Origin: Tubiluchus corallicola
Taxonomy: Eukaryota; Animalia; Priapulida
Reading direction: 5' to 3'
Assembly (NCBI GenBank): GCA_030141605.1
Contig: JAQGDQ010002414.1
Coordinates: forward strand, 1-58,923
DNA length: 58,923 bases
Notes under the pieces: generated by a model
What the model saw: the letters and a program-made list of their open reading frames with translations, nothing else
Databases searched by the model: none
Told to the model about the DNA's origin: nothing
Shown here: positions 8,445 through 18,324 of the stretch, piece after piece
How the letters are laid out: every line of letters begins with the position of its first letter
Numbering within the stretch: the stretch's first letter is position 1
Translations under genes and position numbers: made by a program

Positions 8445-9821
8445 ATGAAAAATGTTTTTGGCTTATTATTTCTAATTTTAGTACTTTATAGCCCTTGGAA
8501 TGTTATAGCGCAAGATAAAGACGAGGATCCCGAAGTTCAAAAGAAGAGACTTGTTATGACATATTATGATTCCGCAGAGCGATTTTTGAAAGAAAAATAT
8601 TATATGCTTAATGATATAGATATAGATGGAAAATATATTCGTTACCATCGCAATGGGAACGTAGCGATACAGGGTTTTTTTGAAAAAGGGCAAAGAGAAG
8701 GAAAATTTAAAGAATTCCATGAAAATGGCACTATAAAACATATGTACACTTATGCTGATGGCAGCAGACAAGGGGAATATAAAACATATAACGCACGGAA
8801 TGTTTTAGTTCAAGAAGGTCAATTCGAAAATGACATGCTTACAGGTACAATTATTTCATATTATAATCATGGGAAGAAAAAAAACGAAACCACTTTTGTA
8901 AAAGAAAAAATTAACGGCTACTTACGAGAGTTTTATACTAATGGAAATTTAGAAAAAGAAGTGCCATATAATAATAACGTGATAGAAGGGGTGTATAAAA
9001 CATATTACCCAAACCAGAAATTAGCTTCCGAAGTAGAATATAAAAAAGGAATTCTTAATGGAATATACAAAACATATTACTCTAACGGACAACTGAAAGA
9101 GGAGTACACGAATAATAATGGCAAAAAAACAGGAAAAGGAAGAGAGTATGCAGAAAATGGAAGATTAATATTTGTGGGCTTATATATAAGCGGAAAGTTA
9201 ACAGGCAAATGCCTTGCTTTTTATCCCAGTGGAAAGAAAAGGTATGAATACACCTATAACAATGGTTATAGATATGGGAAAAATATTAATTATTATGAAA
9301 CGGGTAATATTTATAGAGTATCCCGCTTGTCTCGTAGAGAAGAAAATAGAAAATCCAAAATTTTTTCAGAAGAAAACGAAAACCAATTGATGTATGTCAA
9401 TCAATACAAACGAGGGCTTCCAAGTGGAAAATGGATGAGCTATTATGATGACACTGGAATTAAGAAGAAAATAGAAAAATATGCAAAAGGACAACTACAA
9501 GGCAAAAGAAAGATATACCAAGATAATGGAAAATTATTAAAAAAAGAGACATTTGTTAATAGCACCTTAAATGGCAATGTTCAAGAGTACCATGTGCCAT
9601 TAGGCAAAAAAAAGTCAAAAACATTTTATGAGAGTGGAAAAGAGAATGGAAAACATACTCAATGGGATGAAAAAGGGAGAGTTATTGTGAGAGGAACATA
9701 TGTAAGGGGGAAGAAGCATGGAGAGTGGCATTATTATGAAGGCAAAACATTGAAAAAGACAGAAGTATACAAAAATGGCCTATTGTTTGAGCCCATTTTG
9801 CCAGAAGAACCAGAAAAATAG
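8445..9821 (+). CDS. Secreted MORN-variant repeat protein (YwqK-like)
   Basis: Signal peptide from MKNVFG, then many G.YK.YY.NG.L..E..Y repeats. Confidence 0.85.
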   Translation: MKNVFGLLFLILVLYSPWNVIAQDKDEDPEVQKKRLVMTYYDSAERFLKEKYYMLNDIDIDGKYIRYHRNGNVAIQGFFEKGQREGKFKEFHENGTIKHMYTYADGSRQGEYKTYNARNVLVQEGQFENDMLTGTIISYYNHGKKKNETTFVKEKINGYLREFYTNGNLEKEVPYNNNVIEGVYKTYYPNQKLASEVEYKKGILNGIYKTYYSNGQLKEEYTNNNGKKTGKGREYAENGRLIFVGLYISGKLTGKCLAFYPSGKKRYEYTYNNGYRYGKNINYYETGNIYRVSRLSRREENRKSKIFSEENENQLMYVNQYKRGLPSGKWMSYYDDTGIKKKIEKYAKGQLQGKRKIYQDNGKLLKKETFVNSTLNGNVQEYHVPLGKKKSKTFYESGKENGKHTQWDEKGRVIVRGTYVRGKKHGEWHYYEGKTLKKTEVYKNGLLFEPILPEEPEK

Positions 9822-9891
9822 AATGTAAAAAAACTTATAAATCAAAATAAATACAGAATACAAAATTTCAGAAAAATATTAAAATATAATT

Positions 9892-10833
9892 ATGACAGTA
9901 TTAAAAGAGACAAACTTTAAATTTCCAGGGCAAGTAGATTTTTATAGGGGAAAAGTGAGAGATATTTATATATTTAAGGAAAAGCTGGTTGTGATAGCTA
10001 CAGATAGAATTTCCGCATTTGATGTGGTACTACCTGAGCCTATACCTTATAAAGGGCAAGTGCTCAATCAAATAGCCGCTGAGTTTTTAAAAGAGACCTC
10101 TAATATTGTCCCTAACTGGTTGGAAGAAACGCCACACCCAAATGTATCTGTTGGAAAAAAATGCCAGCCCTATCCCGTAGAGATGATCATTAGAGGATAT
10201 TTGTCGGGGCATGCTTGGCGAGTGTATAAGTCAGGAAAAAGAACAATTTGCGGAGTTCCGTTACCCGAAGGATTAAAAGAAAATGATAAACTACCTCAAC
10301 CTATTATTACCCCTACAACAAAAGCAGAGCAAGGCATGTCAGATGAAGATATAACGAAAGAAGAGATTATAAAACAAAAGTTGGTGAGCGAAAAAGAGTA
10401 TTGTCAGCTTGAAGAGTACACTCGAAAGCTTTTTGAGTTTGGAAGCAATTTTGCTAATAAAAGAGGGCTTATTTTGGTGGATACCAAGTATGAGTTTGGA
10501 AAATATAATGATATTATACACCTAATAGATGAAGTGCACACCCCTGACTCTTCTAGGTATTTTTATTTGGCAGGCTATGAACAACGACAAGCTAATAACG
10601 AACCGCAAAAGCAGCTATCTAAGGAGTTTGTTAGAAAATGGTTGATAGAAAATGGATTTCAAGGGAAAAAAGAACAAAAGATGCCAGAAATAACCGAAGA
10701 GCATGTTGACACAATATCAAAACGATATATAGAATTGTATGAAAAGGTAGTAAATAAGAAATTTATTCCTGTTGAGAGAGAAAATATACATGATGGAATA
10801 GAAAAAAAGGTTTATGATTTTTTGACATTATGA
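9892..10833 (+). CDS. purC: Phosphoribosylaminoimidazolesuccinocarboxamide synthase
   Basis: GKVRDIY, TDRISAFD, LVDTKYEFG and DEVHTPDSSR. Confidence 0.97.
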   Translation: MTVLKETNFKFPGQVDFYRGKVRDIYIFKEKLVVIATDRISAFDVVLPEPIPYKGQVLNQIAAEFLKETSNIVPNWLEETPHPNVSVGKKCQPYPVEMIIRGYLSGHAWRVYKSGKRTICGVPLPEGLKENDKLPQPIITPTTKAEQGMSDEDITKEEIIKQKLVSEKEYCQLEEYTRKLFEFGSNFANKRGLILVDTKYEFGKYNDIIHLIDEVHTPDSSRYFYLAGYEQRQANNEPQKQLSKEFVRKWLIENGFQGKKEQKMPEITEEHVDTISKRYIELYEKVVNKKFIPVERENIHDGIEKKVYDFLTL

Positions 10834-10911
10834 AAAAAAATTCATTAATTGAGCGAAATAAACAATTATTATTAAAGCGTTTTTCTTATATTTATCAAAA
10901 GAAATAATACA

Positions 10912-11328
10912 ATGAAATATACAATAGAAAAAAACGAGCAATATTCAATTTTAAAACTTGAAGAAGAGAAGTTAAGCAATTTACTAGCGCCGCACCTAAA
11001 GACGGAGATAATAACACAGCACGCAGCAGGAGTAAAAAATATTATATTAGATATTTCAGGTGTGAAATTTATTGACTCCTCTGGATTAAGTGCTCTTTTG
11101 ATTGGAAATAGAGCCCTCAGCGAAACAGGAGGCCTGTTTGTAATTGCCAATCCATCTGATTATATAAAAAAATTGATAGAAATATCCCAACTGGACAATG
11201 TCTTATGCCTACTACCAACAATAGAAGAAGCAATAGATGCTATATTTTTACATGAAGTTGAAGGTGACATAAAAAAAAAAAGAAGAAGAATAAAACGTAA
11301 TAAAGCAGAAATAACTTGTCGTAATTAA
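10912..11328 (+). CDS. STAS-domain anti-sigma factor antagonist
   Basis: VKFIDSSGLSALL with the conserved phospho-Ser. The true end may be near 11292 (EEE*) if the A11 run at 11271-11281 is miscalled. Confidence 0.9.
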   Translation: MKYTIEKNEQYSILKLEEEKLSNLLAPHLKTEIITQHAAGVKNIILDISGVKFIDSSGLSALLIGNRALSETGGLFVIANPSDYIKKLIEISQLDNVLCLLPTIEEAIDAIFLHEVEGDIKKKRRRIKRNKAEITCRN

Positions 11329-11343
11329 CTAAAAAAATAGATT

Positions 11344-11763
11344 ATGAAAAAATATTACACCTTCCTGTTAGTATGTTTACTTGTTTCAACAATAACATTT
11401 GCACAACGTCAAGATGCAAATATTTCAAAAAAGAAACATGGAGAAACAGCGCAAATAAAGTGGGAAGAAGGTAAAGTATATGATTTTGGGAAAATCCCTC
11501 GCAAAGTTCCAGCTAAACATGAATTTGTTTTTACTAATGTAGGAGATACACCCATAATAATTACTCATGTATCTTCTTCTTGTGGCTGCACAGTTCCTAA
11601 ATACAGTAAAAACCCCATACAACCTGGAAAAAAAGGATCAATAGAAGCCGTGTACAATGCTGCAAGCATGGGAGTATTCCGCAAAACTTTGACGCTTCAC
11701 GTTAACACAGAAGCAGGCAAAGAGTACCTTACAGTAAGAGGAGAAGTAGTCGCAGCAGAATAA
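11344..11763 (+). CDS. DUF1573 domain protein
   Basis: YDFGKI, F.N.G..P, SCGCTVP and PI.PG. Confidence 0.9.
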   Translation: MKKYYTFLLVCLLVSTITFAQRQDANISKKKHGETAQIKWEEGKVYDFGKIPRKVPAKHEFVFTNVGDTPIIITHVSSSCGCTVPKYSKNPIQPGKKGSIEAVYNAASMGVFRKTLTLHVNTEAGKEYLTVRGEVVAAE

Positions 11764-11879
11764 GATTGCGACTATCTATACTATAAGGTAAAAGATTTTT
11801 GACTAATAGCAAAATGCTTAATGTTAATATAGATGTAATACTAATATAGTATTAGCATGTAAGCGCCTAAAATTGTTTA

Positions 11880-12626
11880 GTGAAAATCATAACCTATAAT
11901 ATCAACGGAATTCATTCGGCAATTAACCAAGGATTTATAGGTTGGTTAAAATCAGAAAATCCTGATATAATCTGCCTGCAGGAGGTAAAATCATTTGATG
12001 ATTTTATAGAACTGCAAATTATCCGACATTTGGGCTATGAAATATATTGGAATGCGGCGCAAAGAAAGGGATATAGTGGAGTGGCCATATTAAGCAAAAT
12101 CAAAGCTCAAACAACTTACATAGACCCACAAGATAAAGAAGGAAGACTCCTATTAATAGAGTTAAATGATTTTACCATCATTTCCATCTATGTGCCCTCA
12201 GGAGCAAGCAATTTAGATAGGCACAATTTTAAAATGAATTGGATAGAAAATTTTTATAGCCAAATAAAACACATACAAAAACAACATACAAACCTGATTA
12301 TATGCGGAGATTATAATATTTGTCACAAAAAAATAGATATTCACGACCCAGCAGCTAGTCGAAACACATCAGGATTCTTGGCACAAGAAAGAGAATGGAT
12401 GAGTAAATTTTTAGCACTTGGCTTTATTGATGCTTTTAGGAACTTCAATTTGCAACCCAACGAATACACATGGTGGAGTTATGGCAACAACAAAAAACTT
12501 AATATAGGATGGAGAATAGACTATCACTTAGTCTCTCAGCCATTAAAAGACAGATTAACGGCATCCTATACCTTAAAAAACATAAATTTTTCAGACCATT
12601 CGCCTGTTGTGCTTCAATTAAGATAA
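11880..12626 (+). CDS. xth: Exodeoxyribonuclease III
   Basis: YNING, CLQEVK, GYSGVA, GDYNI, YTWW, GWRIDY and SDH. Confidence 0.95.
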   Translation: MKIITYNINGIHSAINQGFIGWLKSENPDIICLQEVKSFDDFIELQIIRHLGYEIYWNAAQRKGYSGVAILSKIKAQTTYIDPQDKEGRLLLIELNDFTIISIYVPSGASNLDRHNFKMNWIENFYSQIKHIQKQHTNLIICGDYNICHKKIDIHDPAASRNTSGFLAQEREWMSKFLALGFIDAFRNFNLQPNEYTWWSYGNNKKLNIGWRIDYHLVSQPLKDRLTASYTLKNINFSDHSPVVLQLR

Positions 12627-12682
12627 AAAACATTAAATGAAATTAATGACCTACTTTCAGTGTTATTAGTAAATGTTTTTTG

Positions 12683-12690
12683 TAAATTTG
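12683..12690 (+). promoter_or_regulatory. Bacteroidota -7 promoter element
   Basis: TAAATTTG just upstream of the lipoprotein gene. Confidence 0.45.
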
Positions 12691-12694
12691 TCCT

Positions 12695-13396
12695 GTGAAT
12701 GTATCAAATAGTATGATTATGCGAAAAATTAAACACTTATGCCTACTGGCATTAAGCTGTTCTTTTATCACATGTGTAGAACTACCCGAGTGGCCAGTTA
12801 TTCCTTACATAGAACTTAAAGATATAGCCTTGTATGAGTCAAGTCAACCAAATATAGACTCGTTGATAATTCAACTATATGTGCAGGACGGAGATGGCAA
12901 CTTAGGATTAGGAGCTGGCGACACCTTATCCCCATATCATCCATACAAGGTTCAAAGAAACGAACAAGGAGATACTATTAGATATGGAGACAGTGACGAT
13001 TTACCAGAATATAACACCTGTGATTATGAAATTCTTACAAAAAAAAATGAAGAACAAGAAAGAATTAATGACACTATATATGTAGTGAGAAACCTTAATT
13101 ACTATAACTTTTTTCTTGATATTTATGAAAAAATAGATGGGGAGTGGGAGTTATGGAGCTCATCGCTATCGCAAACACAGTGCTACCCTTTATATGGTCG
13201 GTTTTACCCATTTAGCGACACAGCAAGCCAAATGCCCCTTAAATTGGACCCCTTTGTTTTTACATACGGAAGTGCTTTTAGATTGTTTTTTGCAAAGAAT
13301 AAGGTAAAATTTAAAATAAAAATACAAGACCGAGCGTTAAATAAAAGTAATGAAGTAGAAACAGATGAATTTTGGATACAAGAAATATTTAAATAA
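12695..13396 (+). CDS. Hypothetical lipoprotein
   Basis: Lipobox-like FITC and a QDGDGNLGL motif. Start is more likely at 12713 or 12719. Confidence 0.75.
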   Translation: MNVSNSMIMRKIKHLCLLALSCSFITCVELPEWPVIPYIELKDIALYESSQPNIDSLIIQLYVQDGDGNLGLGAGDTLSPYHPYKVQRNEQGDTIRYGDSDDLPEYNTCDYEILTKKNEEQERINDTIYVVRNLNYYNFFLDIYEKIDGEWELWSSSLSQTQCYPLYGRFYPFSDTASQMPLKLDPFVFTYGSAFRLFFAKNKVKFKIKIQDRALNKSNEVETDEFWIQEIFK

Positions 13397-13507
13397 AAAA
13401 TTTTTTTTTTGGTTATTTATTTAAATATTACTTTCTTTGCAATAGAGACGTTAGAAATAAAAGAAAAAAATTATAAGTTTTTATTTAAATATTAAAAGAA
13501 CAGAAAA

Positions 13508-14272
13508 ATGCTAAAAAGAATTATTCCCCTTATTCTATTGGTTGTTGTTGGAATTTCATGTGATTCCAAGTTAGAACAAGAAAATGCTCAATTGAAACAG
13601 CAAGTTGCAAAATTTCAAGAATATCAAGATATTTTGAGACAAGTTAATGCTATATTAGACAGTATTGATGTTAGTAGAGACCAGTATAACGAGTTGGTAA
13701 CTGCTGATTCAGATGATTTTTCTAGTGTGGTAGACAGATTAGAAAATTTACAATTACTACTCGCTCAATTAGAAAGCAGGTTAGAATCCTCAAAAGGGAA
13801 ACCATCAAGGATATTAACAAGTGATAGAGTTGTGACCTCAGACGATAGTGAGCCTGTAGGCGCAGATTATGACAATTTGCAAAGAATTATCAATACGCAA
13901 AAAGCAGAAATTGCAGAGCTTAGGGAAAAAGTTTTAGCATATAAACAAGTTACAGCAAATTTAACAGAGATTGTAGAAGTTCAAAAAGATGAACTATCGC
14001 AAAAAGATACAGAATTGTACGGCTATCAAATGCAAATAAAAGTTGCAAAGGAAGCATTGAAAGAATTAAAGCAACGGTATGATGATTTAGCTACAGAAGA
14101 AACTGTTAAGTTAAATTTACAGTTGGGAGATATGTTAGTGGGGGTAGCGAACAAGCAATATAAGAAGAAGAAAAATGCTCTTGCAGGTGCATGTGAATAT
14201 TATTTTGAAGCGAGGAATTTGGGAAGCATGGAAGCAGAAGACAGAATAGCAGAAATAGGATGTAGTCAATAG
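13508..14272 (+). CDS. Coiled-coil lipoprotein of unknown function
   Basis: Lipobox GISC followed by long heptad helices and a C-terminal TPR-like helix pair. Confidence 0.75.
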   Translation: MLKRIIPLILLVVVGISCDSKLEQENAQLKQQVAKFQEYQDILRQVNAILDSIDVSRDQYNELVTADSDDFSSVVDRLENLQLLLAQLESRLESSKGKPSRILTSDRVVTSDDSEPVGADYDNLQRIINTQKAEIAELREKVLAYKQVTANLTEIVEVQKDELSQKDTELYGYQMQIKVAKEALKELKQRYDDLATEETVKLNLQLGDMLVGVANKQYKKKKNALAGACEYYFEARNLGSMEAEDRIAEIGCSQ

Positions 14273-14296
14273 AGATAGAAAAACTAAGTTTATAGG

Positions 14297-14334
14297 AAAA
14301 AAGGAGCAACAGAAATGTTGCTCCTTTTCTTTTT
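14297..14334. terminator. Bidirectional intrinsic terminator
   Basis: aaaaaaggagcaaca-gaaa-tgttgctccttttcttttt between convergent genes. Confidence 0.85.
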
Positions 14335-14357
14335 AAGCGTAAAATAAAAAAACACTT

Positions 14358-14969
14358 TTATCTCTTTCCACTTACCCATTTATTCCCTTTTATATAAAAA
14401 CGCCAATTTTTCAAAGCATCTTCCTGTGCATACTCCACGCCAATACGCTTGCTTGAGCTTATTAGCCGTTCTTTGATTATGATACCTCTATCTTCTATCC
14501 ATATTATGTTGCCAAATAATGAAGTCCCGTTATTTTTTGTTGTAATGCCCAGTGCTTGAGTTAAAACCCCAGGACCTGATGTTAATTTGGGTGTGTGTTT
14601 CTTTATATTTCTTCGTTGAAGCATTGTGTCCATTCCATCAATTGGCTCAATAGCCCTAATTAATACGGCATCCGCACAATCTTTTTTATTAGTAACAATA
14701 TTAAACAAATGATGAATACCATAGCACAAATAAACGTATGCGACTCCTCCATTTGCGTACATTATTTCTGTACGTGAAGTTCTTTTGTTATTGTTAGCGT
14801 GGCAAGCCTTGTCGTTTGTGCCCGAATAAGCTTCAGTTTCACATATCATCCCAGAAGTATATGAACCGTCTATGTAACTACATAACACTTTACCCAATAA
14901 CGCTTGTGCGATACTTGTGACACCATTTGATAAATAAAATTCTTTATCTAATATTTTATTTTGGTTCAT
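14358..14969 (-). CDS. mpg: DNA-3-methyladenine glycosylase (MPG/AAG family)
   Basis: ETEAY, YVYLCYG.H, AVLIRA, GPG.L and RIGV. Confidence 0.93.
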   Translation of the reverse strand: MNQNKILDKEFYLSNGVTSIAQALLGKVLCSYIDGSYTSGMICETEAYSGTNDKACHANNNKRTSRTEIMYANGGVAYVYLCYGIHHLFNIVTNKKDCADAVLIRAIEPIDGMDTMLQRRNIKKHTPKLTSGPGVLTQALGITTKNNGTSLFGNIIWIEDRGIIIKERLISSSKRIGVEYAQEDALKNWRFYIKGNKWVSGKR

Positions 14970-15056
14970 TTTTATAACAAAAAAAGAGCCACATTTTTAT
15001 TTGAGGCTCTCTGTTTAGTTTTAAATATTTTACTTCTTTTTAATGCATAGTTTGCA

Positions 15057-16019
15057 TTATTTTTTTTCAAGTGCTTTCCATATCAAAGCACTTGCGCCTA
15101 ATACGGCAGCGTTAGTTTCTTTAAGTTGCGAAAGCACTATTTTTACTTTATTTTGAAATACTTTGATCAAATTTTCTTCCATATATTTTTTTGTTGGAGA
15201 AAGAATTAAGTCGCCAGCATTTGCCAGCCCTCCAAATAAAAATATTGCTTCAGGACTTGTATGCATTACTGTATTTGCTAAGCCTTTACCTAAATATTCG
15301 CCTGTTTTTTCAAATGCTTCTAGTGCTATTTTATCTCCTTTTAGTGCCAGTTTATGTATTTTTTGAGCAGTTAAGTCATTAAATGCAATACTTCTTAACT
15401 CACTATCTTCGAGACTATCAGCCAACAACTCAAACACTGTTCGCTTTATTCCAGAAGCAGAGGCATATGTTTCTAAGGCACCTCTTTTTCCTGTTCCGCA
15501 CATTCTTCCATTCTCTACTATTGTTGTATGCCCTAATTCTCCTGCAAAGCCATCATGACCGTATACTAACTCTCCATTGACAACAAAACCGCTCCCTAAA
15601 CCAGTGCCTAATGTTACAATAACAAAATTTTTCATTTTTTTAGCCCCTCCATAAACCATTTCTCCTATTGCTGCTGCATTTGCATCATTAGTCAATGCCA
15701 TTGGTAGGTTGTAATATTTTGTGAATATATCTATTACTGGTATTACTCCTTCCCATTCTAAGTTGGGGGCGTACTCTATGGATCCAGTATAGTAGTTGCT
15801 ATTAGGAGCTCCTATTCCTACCCCTACAAAATCTAAGTCCTCTTTTATTTTTTCTTTCTGATCCTCTATAGCAGATTTTAATGCTTTAAAAAACTCGTTT
15901 ATGTTGCTATGTCCTGTCGTTTGTATTTTATCAGAACATAAAACAACTCCATTTTTATCTACAATTCCAAATTTTGTAAAAGTACCCCCTATATCTATCC
16001 CTATAGCAACTGTTTTCAT
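15057..16019 (-). CDS. ROK family sugar kinase (glucokinase-like)
   Basis: GIDIGGT, NDANAAA, TLGTGLG and GELGH; no N-terminal HTH. Confidence 0.92.
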   Translation of the reverse strand: MKTVAIGIDIGGTFTKFGIVDKNGVVLCSDKIQTTGHSNINEFFKALKSAIEDQKEKIKEDLDFVGVGIGAPNSNYYTGSIEYAPNLEWEGVIPVIDIFTKYYNLPMALTNDANAAAIGEMVYGGAKKMKNFVIVTLGTGLGSGFVVNGELVYGHDGFAGELGHTTIVENGRMCGTGKRGALETYASASGIKRTVFELLADSLEDSELRSIAFNDLTAQKIHKLALKGDKIALEAFEKTGEYLGKGLANTVMHTSPEAIFLFGGLANAGDLILSPTKKYMEENLIKVFQNKVKIVLSQLKETNAAVLGASALIWKALEKK

Positions 16020-16060
16020 AGCACAATATTAGATGTTTTGTTAACAAATTGTTTTATTTT

Positions 16061-17420
16061 TTAGCCTTTTAATTGTTGATGTTTATATCCTTTCATTCCA
16101 TAATAAGCTATGTACAGATAGCAACCAATAGTAATAATAAATGACGTGTGTACGTTTGTTGCATCTGCCACTGCTCCCATAATTAATGGTATAATAGCGC
16201 CGCCCACAATTGCCATGCAAAGTATGCCTGAACCTTGACTTGTATGTTTGCCAAGACCATCAATAGCTAATGTGAATATAGTGGGGAACATAATAGAGTT
16301 GAATAATCCTACAGCAACTATTGACCACATTGCTACCGCTCCGTTTCCTAATACTGTTACAAGAACTAAACCAATGATAGCTAATGCTAATATGGTAAGA
16401 GTGCGGTGTGCTAAGTTTTTGCCAAATAAGAAAGCAACTATGTTAAGAGCTACAAATATTAAGAAAATAGGAGCTAATTTTATGTCTTTGGTCATATACC
16501 ATGCTAAAAAGAAAGAAAAGATAAATATTGCAGCATACCAAAGATATTTTTTACTAGCATTTATTTTTGTCAATGCTACTGCTCCGAAGAAACGTCCTAC
16601 CATTGCTCCTCCCCAATATAGTGCTACATAGCGAGCTGCGCTGGTTTCTGAAAGCCCGCCCATTTCGGGTAAGGCGAAAAAGTTAACAAGAAAGCTGCCA
16701 ATGGATACTTCTGCGCCTACATAGACAAATATCGCTATTGCTCCTAACACTAAATGTTTGTAATCCCAAGCACTTCCAGCACCTTTTTTATATGTTTCTT
16801 GCTTTATTACAGGCAACTTAATGTATGCGAATACTCCTGCTATGATAAAAAGCGTAAGAGCTATTAGAATATATGGCATTTGAACAGTGTTTGCCTCATT
16901 TTGTGTGTGCTCTGCTCCATTTTTTAATATTAAAAAAGCACCAAAGACAGGAGCAATGGTTGTTCCTAATGAGTTAAAAGATTGTGTAAGGTTCAATCGA
17001 GCAGGTGCGGTATCTGATGTTCCTAAGGTGGCTACAAAAGGGTTGGCCGATACCTGCAAAATAGTTATGCCTGATGCAAGTACAAATAAACCTCCCAAGA
17101 AGAAGGCATATACTTCATACTCAGACGCTGGATAGAAAATTAATGCCCCTATGCCTGTAATAACAAGCCCTAATACTATACCTTTTTGATATTGTATTTT
17201 CTTGACAATCCATCCTGTGGATAGGACATAATGAAATAAGCTCCAAAAAAGTAAATTGAATTAACATTGCTTGTGTATAATTCAGTTCAAAAATGGCTTT
17301 TAAATGTGGTATCAATATGTCGTTTAGGCAGGTAATAAATCCCCACATAAAAAATAGTGATGTTAGCCACGATAAAGCGAATGAATAATTGTTTTGTTGT
17401 TTTGCCATTGAGGGTTCCAT
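16061..17420 (-). CDS. Glucose/galactose (FucP/GluP-family) MFS transporter, frameshifted near 17245 and 17218
   Basis: N-terminal [20 protein letters not shown] in ORF 17121-17420. LQVSANP, YVGAEV and [10 protein letters not shown] in ORF 16061-17098. Two 1-nt insertions restore [20 protein letters not shown]. Confidence 0.9.
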
Positions 17421-17460
17421 ATAGGAGTTTTACGTTTTTTATAAAAAAATTTTACCTTAA

Positions 17461-17468
17461 CAAAGGTA
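17461..17468 (-). promoter_or_regulatory. Bacteroidota -7 promoter element
   Basis: Minus-strand TACCTTTG 40 nt upstream of the transporter start. Confidence 0.5.
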
Positions 17469-17559
17469 AGGTATATTTTCATTATACCAAATTTTTAGAG
17501 ATAAAATTAGAAAGCAGGGAATTAGTCTAATTTTATCTTTAATATCCGCTAAAGTAGAG

Positions 17560-18288
17560 CTATATTTCTGAGAGGCTATTAATAATATGTATTGTGTGAC
17601 AAGCCATTAGGGCTGCGGTTTCAGAACGAAGTCGCTTTTTCCCTAATGTTACGGTTTTAAGGTTTAGTTGTTCGGCTAACTCAATTTCCTGCTCTGTAAA
17701 TCCTCCTTCTGCTCCTATCAAGGCGCAATATTTTTTTTGGGGAGCAATACATTTCAATAGTGATGGTAGTGGTTTGGCATTGTTTGAAGAAATGTGTGCG
17801 ATAAATTTTTCATCAATATTTTGGTTTTGCTTTAAAAAACTTTGAAAATCTATTATTTCATTTAGTGTCGGCATGTATGCTTTTACAGACTGTTTGATAG
17901 CGCTGACACATCTCTTTTCAACCCGTTGCAAGTTGATTTTTTTCCGTATTGAGTTGGTGGTATAAAAAAATGAAATTTCGTCAATACCTATTTCTATTGC
18001 TTTTTCTACAAACCAAAGCGTGCGCTCCATATTTTTTGGAGGAGCAAGGGCAATGTGTATATAATAGTTTGAAGGGGCTATCTCTTTTGTGCTCTCTATA
18101 CTTACTACACAACGTTTTTTAGATATTTCTTTTATTCTTGTTGTAGCAATTGTTCCTTTTCCATTGGTGATAAGTATTACGTCGCCCTGTTTGTGTCGCA
18201 ATACTCTTGTGCAATGCAATGTTTCTTCTTCACTTAAAGAAATTTCTTTGTTGCTTTGTAAGCTCCCTTTGTGATAGAACAATTCCAT
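17560..18288 (-). CDS. rsmE: 16S rRNA m3U1498 methyltransferase
   Basis: HCTRVLR, EKAIEIG, IGAEGGF and LG..RLRSETA. Confidence 0.93.
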   Translation of the reverse strand: MELFYHKGSLQSNKEISLSEEETLHCTRVLRHKQGDVILITNGKGTIATTRIKEISKKRCVVSIESTKEIAPSNYYIHIALAPPKNMERTLWFVEKAIEIGIDEISFFYTTNSIRKKINLQRVEKRCVSAIKQSVKAYMPTLNEIIDFQSFLKQNQNIDEKFIAHISSNNAKPLPSLLKCIAPQKKYCALIGAEGGFTEQEIELAEQLNLKTVTLGKKRLRSETAALMACHTIHIINSLSEI

Positions 18289-18324
18289 TTTTTACTTAAT
18301 TAAATGTAAGCTTTTAAAAACAGT

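Noticed and set aside
8445-9821. YwqK 'antitoxin' as part of a toxin-antitoxin system
   Set aside because: The label reflects generic MORN-variant repeats. The protein has a signal peptide and there is no adjacent toxin gene.
11836-11854. Inverted repeat taatacta-ata-tagtatta upstream of xth
   Set aside because: Almost all A/T, single copy, and I cannot match it to a known operator.
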